A program made the translations under genes and the position numbers. Shown here one piece after another: positions 47,636 through 57,127 of a stretch of 64,000 nt of DNA. Under the pieces are notes generated by a model. That model did not search any database, was not told the origin of the DNA, and saw nothing but the letters and a program-made list of their open reading frames with translations. The first letter of the stretch is position 1, and each line of letters begins with the position of its first letter. Source of the DNA: Clostridiales bacterium (GTDB lineage Bacteria; Bacillota; Clostridia; Saccharofermentanales; DTU023); assembly GCA_028724525.1 (NCBI GenBank), contig JAQYCV010000019.1:36806-100805 (forward strand), written 5' to 3'.

Positions 47636-48568
47636 TTAGCTGGTAAAGTCCTCATAGTGGGGAATGAAGCCCTCTCCTCTAGCTTCTGCATAATCAAGGA
47701 AAATGGTGAGCGCCTTAGGGTCTTCCTCTCCGACAATCTTGCGGATTTCTGGAACCTGCTTTTTATTACAGGCCACAAGGAGAACCTTTTTGTCCGCGCC
47801 AGAAAAGGCCCCCTCGGCTTTGAGGAAGGTGCCACCTCTCTCGAGCTTGCTTTTAATTTCCTCCCAAATATCCTGGCTGTGGTCGCTGATAATCAAGGCT
47901 ATCTTGCCGGATATAGCCCCGCTCATGAACTTATCAATCACGACAGTATAAGAGGCTGTAAAGAGAATGCCGTACATCAAGGCATTCAGGCTCTTGTAGA
48001 CAAAAACCCCTACTAAGATGATGATGCCGTCAATAAGGATGGTAATCTCACCCACAGAAAAATGGGGCTTGACCTTGCGGATAGACATAATGACAAGGTC
48101 CGATCCCCCCGTGCAAGTACCAGTCTGGTAAATGATGCCAAGGCCCAAGCCATAGATGGCACCGCCAAAGACTGCGGCAAAGAGGTTGTCAACTGGCCCG
48201 TTAATTGGATAGGTCGGAAAAAGCGGCAAAACAATATCTAGGAAGAAAGCATTAACGAGAATCGTTTGGAAGGTCCGAATTAAATAAAGGCCGCCTAGGT
48301 AGCGCAAGGCAAGCAGAATGATAGGAACATTGATCAAGATAGAGAGCAGGCCCAGAGCAAGGCTGGGAAAAAAGTGGTTAAGGATTAAAGTAATACCTGT
48401 CACGCCACCGGGAGCAAAGTCGGCATTGTAGACAAAGATCATAATGCCCGCTGCATAGAAGAATGAACCGATGACATCCATTAAAAGGTAATGCGGCTCA
48501 TTTTTAAAAAAGTGTGTCCACTGATCTTTACTGGGAATGATATTGGCGTATTTTTTACTTGTGCTCAC
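47636..48568 (-). CDS. YitT family membrane protein with DUF2179 tail
   Basis: APGGVTG, TGGSD, RGGT.L.AEGAFS, DPKA; GGAGG RBS before GTG at 48568. Confidence 0.88.
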   Translation of the reverse strand: MSTSKKYANIIPSKDQWTHFFKNEPHYLLMDVIGSFFYAAGIMIFVYNADFAPGGVTGITLILNHFFPSLALGLLSILINVPIILLALRYLGGLYLIRTFQTILVNAFFLDIVLPLFPTYPINGPVDNLFAAVFGGAIYGLGLGIIYQTGTCTGGSDLVIMSIRKVKPHFSVGEITILIDGIIILVGVFVYKSLNALMYGILFTASYTVVIDKFMSGAISGKIALIISDHSQDIWEEIKSKLERGGTFLKAEGAFSGADKKVLLVACNKKQVPEIRKIVGEEDPKALTIFLDYAEARGEGFIPHYEDFTS

Positions 48569-48623
48569 GAGTCCTACCTCCACTTCTCTCCAAAACACCT
48601 CATTGATTGTACTCTACAAGCTA

Positions 48624-49382
48624 TTATTTTGCTATCTGTGACAAACTTTCTATAAGGGCCTGGGAAATTTTAGCCGCCCCCTGCAGATTAGGATGGATCC
48701 CATCCCAGAAATCCTGGTCAAAATCTGCCGCATTTTGGTAGAGCTCGCGCATGTCCACCAGTAGGAGGCCATAGTGACGAGCCACTTGGGCCGTAGCATC
48801 GGCAAAGTCCATAATACTATTTCCCCGGCCATTTAAGGGCTGGTCACTAAAGTAAGTAGCATTCAGGGGCGTCGTCATGAGCACGATCGTAGTATCTGGC
48901 AAAGCCGCTTGCAGATATTCCACAATATAAGAGTAGGCACCCAGGAAATTGTCCATAGTCTTGTCCGCGAGGGGGAGGTCGAATTGTTCCTCCGTACCCA
49001 GATAGAAATCCGAATAAAAGTCGTTCGTACCGCCCATGATGGTCACCAAGGCTGGCTGGGCCGCAACAATCTCCGACAAACGTCCTTCCTGCCAAAATGC
49101 CAGGGGGCCAAAACCCGCCAGGGTGGTTCCACCAATACCCTGGTCTATGTGATTTAAAGCAAAATGCTCAGCAACCGCTGCCTGCCAGTAGCCACCATCG
49201 GTTATGGAATCGCCGTAGGAAACCCAAACTTGATCCTGGAGGGCCCGTTTGTCAAGCATAATCTTCTCCTCTGATTGGCCTGGCCGAAAAATTAAGACCA
49301 AAACCACAGCCAAAACCAGCCCTAGAGCAAGCAGGGCTAAAAGAAGCAAGGGAAGATCTGGTCTGGCTTGACGATCTTTCAT
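48624..49382 (-). CDS. Membrane-anchored SGNH/GDSL hydrolase
   Basis: GDSIT, GIGG, GGTND, DGIHPN..G; N-terminal TM. Confidence 0.9.
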   Translation of the reverse strand: MKDRQARPDLPLLLLALLALGLVLAVVLVLIFRPGQSEEKIMLDKRALQDQVWVSYGDSITDGGYWQAAVAEHFALNHIDQGIGGTTLAGFGPLAFWQEGRLSEIVAAQPALVTIMGGTNDFYSDFYLGTEEQFDLPLADKTMDNFLGAYSYIVEYLQAALPDTTIVLMTTPLNATYFSDQPLNGRGNSIMDFADATAQVARHYGLLLVDMRELYQNAADFDQDFWDGIHPNLQGAAKISQALIESLSQIAK

Positions 49383-49391
49383 GGCATAGCC

Positions 49392-50666
49392 CTAGTCTGC
49401 GCAGAAGAATTGATAGGTAGAGTGGGCCAAGGCCTCAGCCAAAGTCATGAGAGTTTTCTCTTTAGAAATACTTTTCATATTATCCAGATTCTGCCTTTGG
49501 GCCACGATAACTTCTACCGAGGTCAAGTTATTATAAACCGCAGACAAGACCTGGCCTTCTCCCACCCCGGTCTGCTTGCCCTGGTAGTTAAGCTCTGGGA
49601 GATACTGGCGGATATTGCGGTCCATTTGCTCTGCCAGCCGCCTCCGGGCAGAGGAGTCATAAGCGACATAGGCCGGCATATCCTGACTGCGCTCTTCGAG
49701 AAGCTCACTCGCGCCATTGCGTTCTGCACTACTGCTACCGTAATAGACGACTCGGCTGCCTTGGGCAGATTTTTCATCGCCTAAGCGCAAAGAAATAAAA
49801 CAGACATCCTTATATTGTTTTTCCATATCCAAAAGCAGGCGGAGGTCGGGCCCCACACCTAGCTGGGTAAAGACCCGGCGGGCCTCTGGAGAATCCGGGT
49901 TAGAGACCGCTGTTTGCAGATAGGGGATAAGACTTTCGATGGCTTGAGACTTAAACTTTTGTTCCTTCAACTCATCAACAAAACGCAGGGCAAGATTATT
50001 TCCAATAAAGGCCGCTTGGGCGATCTCCGACTGCGAAGAGGCTTGATTCCGAGTCAGAACCACCTTAGCGCCCAGGCTCTCCAGTTGCGTCTGTAACATC
50101 TCTGCTAATTTATTAAGAATCTGGTCCTGGGCAATGATGACATCGGGGGCGACGGTAGTCTCTTCTTCTTCATCTTCTTCGTTATCAGTGCGCTGGGCTG
50201 CATAGGGAGACACAGGCAAGCCCGTATAGGGATCAGTAGGAGCCACATTGCCAGCAGGTTTTGAGGAGGGCTGAGGGCTATTCCCCCCGGCGGGACTCAT
50301 GATCTGCGGAGCAGTCACCTCACCCGCATCGATAAAGACAGTAATACCCTCCAAGGCGTGCTCATTTTTGGCCCGTCCACGATAAAGGCTGAGATCCGCC
50401 TTTCGGTATTCTGGGAGCACAGAAGAGGCTGGCCAAACATAGACCCCTCGGTCATTTTTCTGGCTGATATTGGGGACATTGTCATCCTGGAGGCCTAGGT
50501 CGTCCATGAGGGCATACTGGGCCATGGCAAGATCCAAGGGACTTTCCCGCCTGGCTTCTAAATATAACTCCGGCTTAAGCTTGGCCAAAATGAAATTTAA
50601 GGCCAGGAGGAAGAGGCTGGCCACTAATAATAATGAGAGGATTCTCCATGCCTTGCGTTGTGTCAA
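49392..50666 (-). CDS. Membrane-anchored amidase_3-like protein with degenerate active site
   Basis: LEGITVFIDAG, L...LESLGAKVVLTR, FISL, G.RV.Y fold motifs; N-terminal TM. Confidence 0.6.
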   Translation of the reverse strand: MTQRKAWRILSLLLVASLFLLALNFILAKLKPELYLEARRESPLDLAMAQYALMDDLGLQDDNVPNISQKNDRGVYVWPASSVLPEYRKADLSLYRGRAKNEHALEGITVFIDAGEVTAPQIMSPAGGNSPQPSSKPAGNVAPTDPYTGLPVSPYAAQRTDNEEDEEEETTVAPDVIIAQDQILNKLAEMLQTQLESLGAKVVLTRNQASSQSEIAQAAFIGNNLALRFVDELKEQKFKSQAIESLIPYLQTAVSNPDSPEARRVFTQLGVGPDLRLLLDMEKQYKDVCFISLRLGDEKSAQGSRVVYYGSSSAERNGASELLEERSQDMPAYVAYDSSARRRLAEQMDRNIRQYLPELNYQGKQTGVGEGQVLSAVYNNLTSVEVIVAQRQNLDNMKSISKEKTLMTLAEALAHSTYQFFCAD

Positions 50667-50681
50667 TGAATCTACCCCACC

Positions 50682-52037
50682 TTAATAGGAAAAACGCGCC
50701 GAAATCAAACGGGCTATGCTTTCCGCAAGTTCTTGAATATGGTCTTTATCCTTACCTTCGAGCATAATGCGAATCTTGGGCTCTGTACCTGAAGGCCGGA
50801 CCAAGAGACGGCCTTCTTGGCCCAAGCTCTCTTCTACCCGGCGGCAGGCTTTTTGGACATCAGGATCCGCCATGGCCTGAGCTTTCAAAGCGTTATCGAC
50901 CTCCACATTGAGGAGGACTTGGGGATAGATATCTACAATCTTCCGCAGGTCAGAGAGGGGGCGTCCTGTGCGCTGCCGCACTTCCAAGAGCTTAAGGGCA
51001 GAAAGAATACCATCTCCCGTTGTGGCATGGTCTAGAAAAATCATATGTCCTGATTGTTCGCCACCGAGAATGTAGCCATTTTTCAGCATCTCTTCTAAGA
51101 CATAGCGGTCGCCCACTTGAGTCTTAATCAGGCGGATACCCTCCCGGTCAGCCATATGGCTCAGGCCCAAATTAGACATGACCGTAACCACTAGGGCCTC
51201 GCCAGCAAGCTTAGCTTGGTCCAACAGATCTTTGGCAAAAATTGCCAGCATGACATCGCCATCTAAAACTTGTCCATGATCATCCACCGCGATTAAACGG
51301 TCTGCATCGCCATCAAAGGCCAGGCCCAGGTCTAAGCCCTGGTCCAAAACCCTGCGAGCAAGGTTTTCCACGTGGGTAGACCCACAGCAGGCATTAATAT
51401 TCAAGCCGTCAGGCTGGTTGGAGAGGACTGTTAAATCTGCGCCGAGGTCCGAGAAGATCTGGGGAGCCAGCTGATAAGCCGCGCCATTGGCAGTATCGAG
51501 AGCAATTTTCACACCTTTGAGATCCAGCTGGCAGGCGCCTTGCAAATGCTGGCGGTACTGGTCCACCGCTTGCGGGAGACGGAAAACTCGACCCAAACTG
51601 GCACCTAGAGGCTTAGGCCTGTAGTCATAGTAAAGGTCCAGGCTGGCCGCAATGGCATCCTCCACCGCATCTGGCAATTTATAGCCTTCATGGTTGAAGA
51701 TCTTGATACCATTATGTTCAAAGGAGTTATGGGAGGCCGAAATGACGACTCCCATCTCGCAGGCACAGGCCGTGGTCAGCCAGGCGATTCCAGGTGTAGG
51801 CACGACACCGACCAAGTAGACATCTACCCCAGCGGACGTAAAGCCTGCAACGAGGGCGGCTTCTAACATATCCGCAGATATTCTCGTATCGTGTCCAATC
51901 AAGACCCTTTTCTGCTCGGGTCTTTGGGCGAATAGGGTATGAGCAGCAGCAAAAGCCAAACGGGAACACAGGTCTGGTGTGAGATCTTGGTTAGCAATCC
52001 CTCGCACCCCATCCGTGCCAAATAATCTTTCCGACAT
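50682..52037 (-). CDS. glmM: Phosphoglucosamine mutase
   Basis: FGTDGVRG, DTRIS, ISASHN, AFDGDADR, GGEQSGH, RPSGTEP. Confidence 0.96.
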   Translation of the reverse strand: MSERLFGTDGVRGIANQDLTPDLCSRLAFAAAHTLFAQRPEQKRVLIGHDTRISADMLEAALVAGFTSAGVDVYLVGVVPTPGIAWLTTACACEMGVVISASHNSFEHNGIKIFNHEGYKLPDAVEDAIAASLDLYYDYRPKPLGASLGRVFRLPQAVDQYRQHLQGACQLDLKGVKIALDTANGAAYQLAPQIFSDLGADLTVLSNQPDGLNINACCGSTHVENLARRVLDQGLDLGLAFDGDADRLIAVDDHGQVLDGDVMLAIFAKDLLDQAKLAGEALVVTVMSNLGLSHMADREGIRLIKTQVGDRYVLEEMLKNGYILGGEQSGHMIFLDHATTGDGILSALKLLEVRQRTGRPLSDLRKIVDIYPQVLLNVEVDNALKAQAMADPDVQKACRRVEESLGQEGRLLVRPSGTEPKIRIMLEGKDKDHIQELAESIARLISARFSY

Positions 52038-52042
52038 GAAAG

Positions 52043-53350
52043 CTAATTCCCTTCCTTATCGAGATCTAGAGGGCGCACACTGATAGACACTGACTCAGGA
52101 GTCAAAGCATAAATTTGCGTGTAGCTGCCCGTGCGAGTTTCGACCTGAACTGGCAGAGCCTGCAAGCCAGGCTGGTCAATGGTAGACAAGTCAACATAGG
52201 CCGTCACATCACGGTTAGACAGGCCCTGCAAGATAGACTTGCGGCCTTTGAGGTTGACCCTAATATTTTCAATCTTATACTGGGCAGCCAAGCCCTTAGC
52301 AGCCAAATCTTCCTGGTTAGTGTAGAGCAGCTGCAAATTGTATGGCTGTTCAATGACAGGATTCAGGCTAATCTGGACATAAAACCAGAAGATTGCCGAG
52401 GCCAAGATGGAGACTAGGAGCAGATAAGCCTTAGTTTTTCGGCTAGGTCCAACCAGACTATTTTGAGTATTTTTGCGTGCCAGGGGCAATTTGATCCGAC
52501 GCTTCCGCTCTTCTGCTGCAGGCAGGAGCAGGCGGTGGAGCTGGGTCCTTAGAGCATCTTCGTTATCCAGGGTGTATAGTCTACCTTCAATCGCAATAGA
52601 AATGGTTCCCCGCTCTTCCGAAACTACCACGGCTATGGTATCCCCGATCTCTGAGGCTCCCAGGGCGGCTCGGTGCCTTGTGCCCAGGTCTTTTCTAAGG
52701 TGGTAGGCATCTGTCAAAGGGACATGAATCCTCGCCGCCGCGATTTGCCCACGACGGATTAAAACTGCCCCATCGTGCAAGGGGGAGCCGACATAGAAAA
52801 TTTGTTTCAGCATGGCCGCGGAGATCGTAGCCCCTACTTCTACAGCATTTTCCTGATCTTCTAGGTCACCTAGAGGCGTAGACCGTTCGATCACAATGAG
52901 GGCCCCGGTCCGTTTAGCAGCCATCTCCCCACAGGCCTGGACAATGGATTCGATAATTTTATGGTCAAAAGCCCCGCCAGAGATATCATCGGAGGCCACC
53001 ACCTTAAAACCTGCCCGCCCAACCGTTTCAAGGGCCCGGCGTAGCTCGGGTTGGAAAAGCACAACAAAAGCGATGGCAAATAAGGAGATGGTGCGGGACA
53101 AGAGGAAGCCAAGGGCCGTCAAGCCCACAAGATTCGAGACAAAACCTACAAAGAAAATAAACAAAAGCCCCTTAAGTAGCTGCCATGCCCGAGAGTCCCT
53201 GACCAGCTTCAGTAGCTGGTAGAAGATGAAGGATAAAACCGTAATATCTAGGACTGCAAAAGCAAAATCATAGGGGGTGCCAAGGTAGAGTAAGGCTTCA
53301 ATAAGCTGTTGCCAGATGGCTTGGAAGAAGTTTTGTATTTGTTCCCACAT
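52043..53350 (-). CDS. cdaA: Diadenylate cyclase CdaA fused to a TM and YbbR (CdaR-like) domain
   Basis: N-terminal TMs, FQPELRRALE, PLHDGA, GTRHRAALG, VSEERG; then TM (AIFWFYV) and V.LKG.......L....V.AYVDLS. Confidence 0.9.
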   Translation of the reverse strand: MWEQIQNFFQAIWQQLIEALLYLGTPYDFAFAVLDITVLSFIFYQLLKLVRDSRAWQLLKGLLFIFFVGFVSNLVGLTALGFLLSRTISLFAIAFVVLFQPELRRALETVGRAGFKVVASDDISGGAFDHKIIESIVQACGEMAAKRTGALIVIERSTPLGDLEDQENAVEVGATISAAMLKQIFYVGSPLHDGAVLIRRGQIAAARIHVPLTDAYHLRKDLGTRHRAALGASEIGDTIAVVVSEERGTISIAIEGRLYTLDNEDALRTQLHRLLLPAAEERKRRIKLPLARKNTQNSLVGPSRKTKAYLLLVSILASAIFWFYVQISLNPVIEQPYNLQLLYTNQEDLAAKGLAAQYKIENIRVNLKGRKSILQGLSNRDVTAYVDLSTIDQPGLQALPVQVETRTGSYTQIYALTPESVSISVRPLDLDKEGN

Positions 53351-53415
53351 GTACCTCTTCCCTCCTCAGCTTATTTATTGATCTATTATATGGTGCAGGC
53401 GCTAAAAATAAAAGG

Positions 53416-54654
53416 CTATTTCCCTGGATGGGCTCGGCCGGCCAGGAGATAGCAAGGAATAGCTAGGCACTGGGCCAAAATGGAAATGATGATCATCAGT
53501 GAGAGATTGACATCATATAAAGTGCCCAAGAGCCAGCTGCCCAAAAACCAGAAAACACCGAAAGAAAATTCAAAAATACCATAGCCTGTCGCCCGACTAT
53601 GTTTGGGGACCAGGCTGGATACCGCTGCTTTGAGGATAGATTCTTGAGCGCCCATACCGATACCCCAGAGACCGATACCTAAAAGTAAAACAGGTACGGA
53701 TTTTGCAGCAAAGATGCAGAGGGCAAAGGGGCAGGAAAGCAGGGTGGATAAGACGAGAGCTTTCACGCCATAGCGGTCGTAGATAAGGCCAAAGATCATA
53801 GCTGCGATGGCGTCTACCAACATAGCACCCGCATAGAGCAAGGGCAGGTTGCCAGTGCTGAGTAGGTCGCGGGTAGTAGATAAGCCCGGAGCCAGGCTAC
53901 TAAAGTTGCGTGAGATATGCAGGATGATCAGAGAGTAATCTAAAAAACCGAAGGCAAATAAACTAATTCCGCCAATGTAGAACAAAAATTCCTTTTTAAG
54001 CTTAAAGGCGGTATAGCTCTTTGGGTCGGGTTCAAAGTGTTCAGGGTGAGGGAATTTTGACTTTGTAAGGATGAGAAGGAGGAGGGTAATCAGGCCTGGT
54101 ATGGCTAAAATAGCAAAGCAATAGGCATAACGTTCAAGATCTGAGCCATCTGTTTTGCTGAGCAGGGCTAAATAGAGTAAAACAGGGCCCAGAAAAGCGC
54201 CGATCTGATCAAGGAGCTCCTGTAGACCAAAGCTCTTCCCTACCCCCTCCTGAGTGGCGGCAAAAGACAACAGAGTATCTTTGGCCGGTTTTTTGATGGC
54301 TTTGCCAGTGCGTTGGACTAAGAGGAGAAGGCAGGCCGCCATCCAACCATGATCGCCAACCAAAGCCAGGGCTGGCACAGCCAGAATATCGAGGACATAG
54401 CCCAAAATCACCATGGGCCAATAGTAGTGAGTCTTATCGGTAATCCGACCAAAGACATAGCGCAAGGAATAACCCAGCATTTCTCCCAGGCCAGAAACAA
54501 AGCCAATCGTTCCTGCCGATGCACCTAATAGACCCAGGTAGGCTCCTCTTATACTTGAAGCACCCTCATGAGTCAGATCTGAAAAAAGGCTCACAAGTCC
54601 AAAAAGCAAAATGAAGCTTAAGGCTGGAGAAATAGACTGTGTTTTCCGTTTCAT
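53416..54654 (-). CDS. MFS transporter
   Basis: SLFSD..HEG, GRITDK, R.GKAIK.PAKD, G..YDRYG; 12-TM pattern. Confidence 0.88.
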   Translation of the reverse strand: MKRKTQSISPALSFILLFGLVSLFSDLTHEGASSIRGAYLGLLGASAGTIGFVSGLGEMLGYSLRYVFGRITDKTHYYWPMVILGYVLDILAVPALALVGDHGWMAACLLLLVQRTGKAIKKPAKDTLLSFAATQEGVGKSFGLQELLDQIGAFLGPVLLYLALLSKTDGSDLERYAYCFAILAIPGLITLLLLILTKSKFPHPEHFEPDPKSYTAFKLKKEFLFYIGGISLFAFGFLDYSLIILHISRNFSSLAPGLSTTRDLLSTGNLPLLYAGAMLVDAIAAMIFGLIYDRYGVKALVLSTLLSCPFALCIFAAKSVPVLLLGIGLWGIGMGAQESILKAAVSSLVPKHSRATGYGIFEFSFGVFWFLGSWLLGTLYDVNLSLMIIISILAQCLAIPCYLLAGRAHPGK

Positions 54655-54717
54655 CTTTATATAAGAGATGGGTCCCGCAGGCAGGACCCATTAAAGCTCC
54701 TCTAAAGCATAGGCTAC

Positions 54718-57069
54718 TTACTGAAATAAATCACCTAATTTTTCCCAGAAACTCCGGGTATCCGGTTCTTCTCGCATTTCTGCGCTCTCTTCCTTTTCTT
54801 TGGCCGGAGCCACGGCAGGCAGGACCATCACATACTGGACCTTATCCACCTGGTTATGTGGTGAGACAAAGGAAAGAGGCTCATATTGTGGGAGGAGGTC
54901 TTGGACCATCTTTTGTAAATCTGGTGCAAAGTCCTCCGGGATATCGGCTAAGCCAGCCTGGAACTCATCCAGGCCATCTGCCAGTTGACTGAGGCCGTTG
55001 TCAAAGTCTTGGTACTGAGTGGACAGCTGGCTCAGCCCCTGACTCAGATCGTTGACTCCCGCATAGTATTGATCGAGCCCTTGGGCATATGTTGTGAGGC
55101 CCTGCATATAGTCCTGGCTTCCCTTTTGCAGGTCCTGGCCAGATTGCGCCAGCTTGTCTAAGCCCTGGCCAAACTCCTGGGCACCAGTCTGCAGGCTGGG
55201 CATTTGATCCGACATAGATTGAATGCCATCTAGATAGGCTTCTAGGCCAGTATGCAACTTGCTATAGCCTGCCTGCAAGCCCTGTAGACCCTTATAGAGC
55301 TTTCTCAGGTCGGCTAGAGAAGACTGATTCATATTCTGTGAAAGCTTCACCAGGGCCTCGCGTTGCTGGGCTAGTTGGTCACTCATTCCGGCGAGTTGGG
55401 GTCCATAAGTTGTCTGCAAATTGACAAGCTGGTTGAGGCTTTGGCTTAAAGTGGCAAAGTCCAGGCTCTGCAATTGTTGCAAAGCTTGCAGGGAATTTTG
55501 CAGTCTGCCTAAACCGTTCAAGAGCGCCTGTCTTTCTTGGGCCATGCCTCCCGCAACCGCTTGCAGTTCTTGCAAAGTTTTTTTGTATTTAGCCTGTTCG
55601 CCTGCATCGCTGATTGAGGGCATGTAGCTGGCTAATTGATTCATCAGTTGCTGGAAGCGATAGCTGGAACTATCTGGCCCGCCAGCAGCCTCTAAGTTTT
55701 GCATCAGAGTCTGCAAGCTTGCAAGGTCAGAAGGGCTAGGTAGGTTCAAGCTGGCCAGGCTGGATAAGCTATTTTGAAAGGGTCGGAAATCCATCTGCAT
55801 CAAGGGAGCAAAGCTTTGCAAGTTGGCAGATAAGCCATCTAGGGTCTGCAGGGCTTGTTGGATATCAAAGCCCTGGCCCAAGCCTCCCATATCCCCTTGT
55901 GGCAGATTTTGGCCCAGACCGTATACGACTTGGTCTAAGCCCTGGCCCAAATTGGTCAGGCCGGCTTGGAGATCAGGGATTTGCTCACCCAATAGTTTCA
56001 CACCATCTGACAGACTGTCTAAGCCCGTCAAAAGCTGGGGATAGTTTTGGGCCAGCTGGTCTACACCCGCTCCATATTGCTGGAGTCCATCATGGAGGCC
56101 CGTAGCACCACTTTGCAACTGCTGAAGACCCGCTTGGAGTTTGCCCAAATTGTCCTCAGAACTGAGCTTATCTCCCCCCTCTGCGAGCTGCTTTAAGGCT
56201 TCATGGATTTGCTGAGAGCCCGCTGTCAAATCCTGAGAACCCGCATGCAGGCTGGCCACCCCGTCAGAAAGTTTGGCTAAAGGCTGGCCCTCTGAAGCCT
56301 CAGGCAAGAGGTCCTCTAACTTAATGAGGTCTTTGGGAAGACTATCTTCATCTAAACTCAGGGGGACTGCCGCTAGCTTAGGGGCCGCTAAGACAAGGTC
56401 TTGGACCTGGCAACTGAATTCTGCTAGGGCAGGCTGGTCCTCTTGGGGGACCAAAACCCAATTCAAGAGGGTCTTGCTACCGCCTTCTGCCTGCAAGCTG
56501 GCATTGGTCTCTAAGTCCTTATATTTGCCTTTATCTAATTCAACGCTCAATTGAAGGACAAAGCCCTCCCGTAAAGCCTGGTCAACCCTAGGATTGGAGG
56601 CCACTTCTAAATGAAAATTGAATTTGCCGCTCACTCCAGGCAAATCTTCTATAGGCATTTCTTGCCCATCCAACTGGTAAGTAAAATGGATAAGCCAAGG
56701 CAGTTCGCGATCCGTCAATTCCCCTCTGTAATAGCTATAGCCCGCTTGTCCTGTAAAAGTGACGCGGCCTTGAGCTGAATCATAGTCAAGATCAATCTGA
56801 TCATCCAAGGCCTGGACCTGCCTATAGTCGCCATAGTCTGTGATTTCCCTAGTGTCATCCAACTTAAATTGGTTGATCACAATGAGGGGATCATATGAGC
56901 CATCTGGCTGGAAGACCGCATAAATCACCTCTTCTTTAGAAATAGCTGGATTTTCAGCCGCATAGGACAGAGGGCCTAGTGACAACACGAGCAAGGTCAG
57001 GATCAGGCTAGAAAGCACTAGTCTGCGAGGGACATGCTTAAGTTGGGTGCTTTGCGAATCGAACTTCAT
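54718..57069 (-). CDS. Exported protein with X-X-X-Leu-X-X-Gly heptad repeats (YhgE/Pip-like), MMPL-associated
   Basis: GGAGG RBS before ATG 57069; signal peptide; KEEVIY....DG; long LxxGxxxLxxG repeats; SFVS..N...VQYVM. Confidence 0.75.
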   Translation of the reverse strand: MKFDSQSTQLKHVPRRLVLSSLILTLLVLSLGPLSYAAENPAISKEEVIYAVFQPDGSYDPLIVINQFKLDDTREITDYGDYRQVQALDDQIDLDYDSAQGRVTFTGQAGYSYYRGELTDRELPWLIHFTYQLDGQEMPIEDLPGVSGKFNFHLEVASNPRVDQALREGFVLQLSVELDKGKYKDLETNASLQAEGGSKTLLNWVLVPQEDQPALAEFSCQVQDLVLAAPKLAAVPLSLDEDSLPKDLIKLEDLLPEASEGQPLAKLSDGVASLHAGSQDLTAGSQQIHEALKQLAEGGDKLSSEDNLGKLQAGLQQLQSGATGLHDGLQQYGAGVDQLAQNYPQLLTGLDSLSDGVKLLGEQIPDLQAGLTNLGQGLDQVVYGLGQNLPQGDMGGLGQGFDIQQALQTLDGLSANLQSFAPLMQMDFRPFQNSLSSLASLNLPSPSDLASLQTLMQNLEAAGGPDSSSYRFQQLMNQLASYMPSISDAGEQAKYKKTLQELQAVAGGMAQERQALLNGLGRLQNSLQALQQLQSLDFATLSQSLNQLVNLQTTYGPQLAGMSDQLAQQREALVKLSQNMNQSSLADLRKLYKGLQGLQAGYSKLHTGLEAYLDGIQSMSDQMPSLQTGAQEFGQGLDKLAQSGQDLQKGSQDYMQGLTTYAQGLDQYYAGVNDLSQGLSQLSTQYQDFDNGLSQLADGLDEFQAGLADIPEDFAPDLQKMVQDLLPQYEPLSFVSPHNQVDKVQYVMVLPAVAPAKEKEESAEMREEPDTRSFWEKLGDLFQ

Positions 57070-57127
57070 GAGTGAACCTCCAAGCTGTAACCACCAACCC
57101 TGAGGCTGGAGGTGATAATAATATAGT

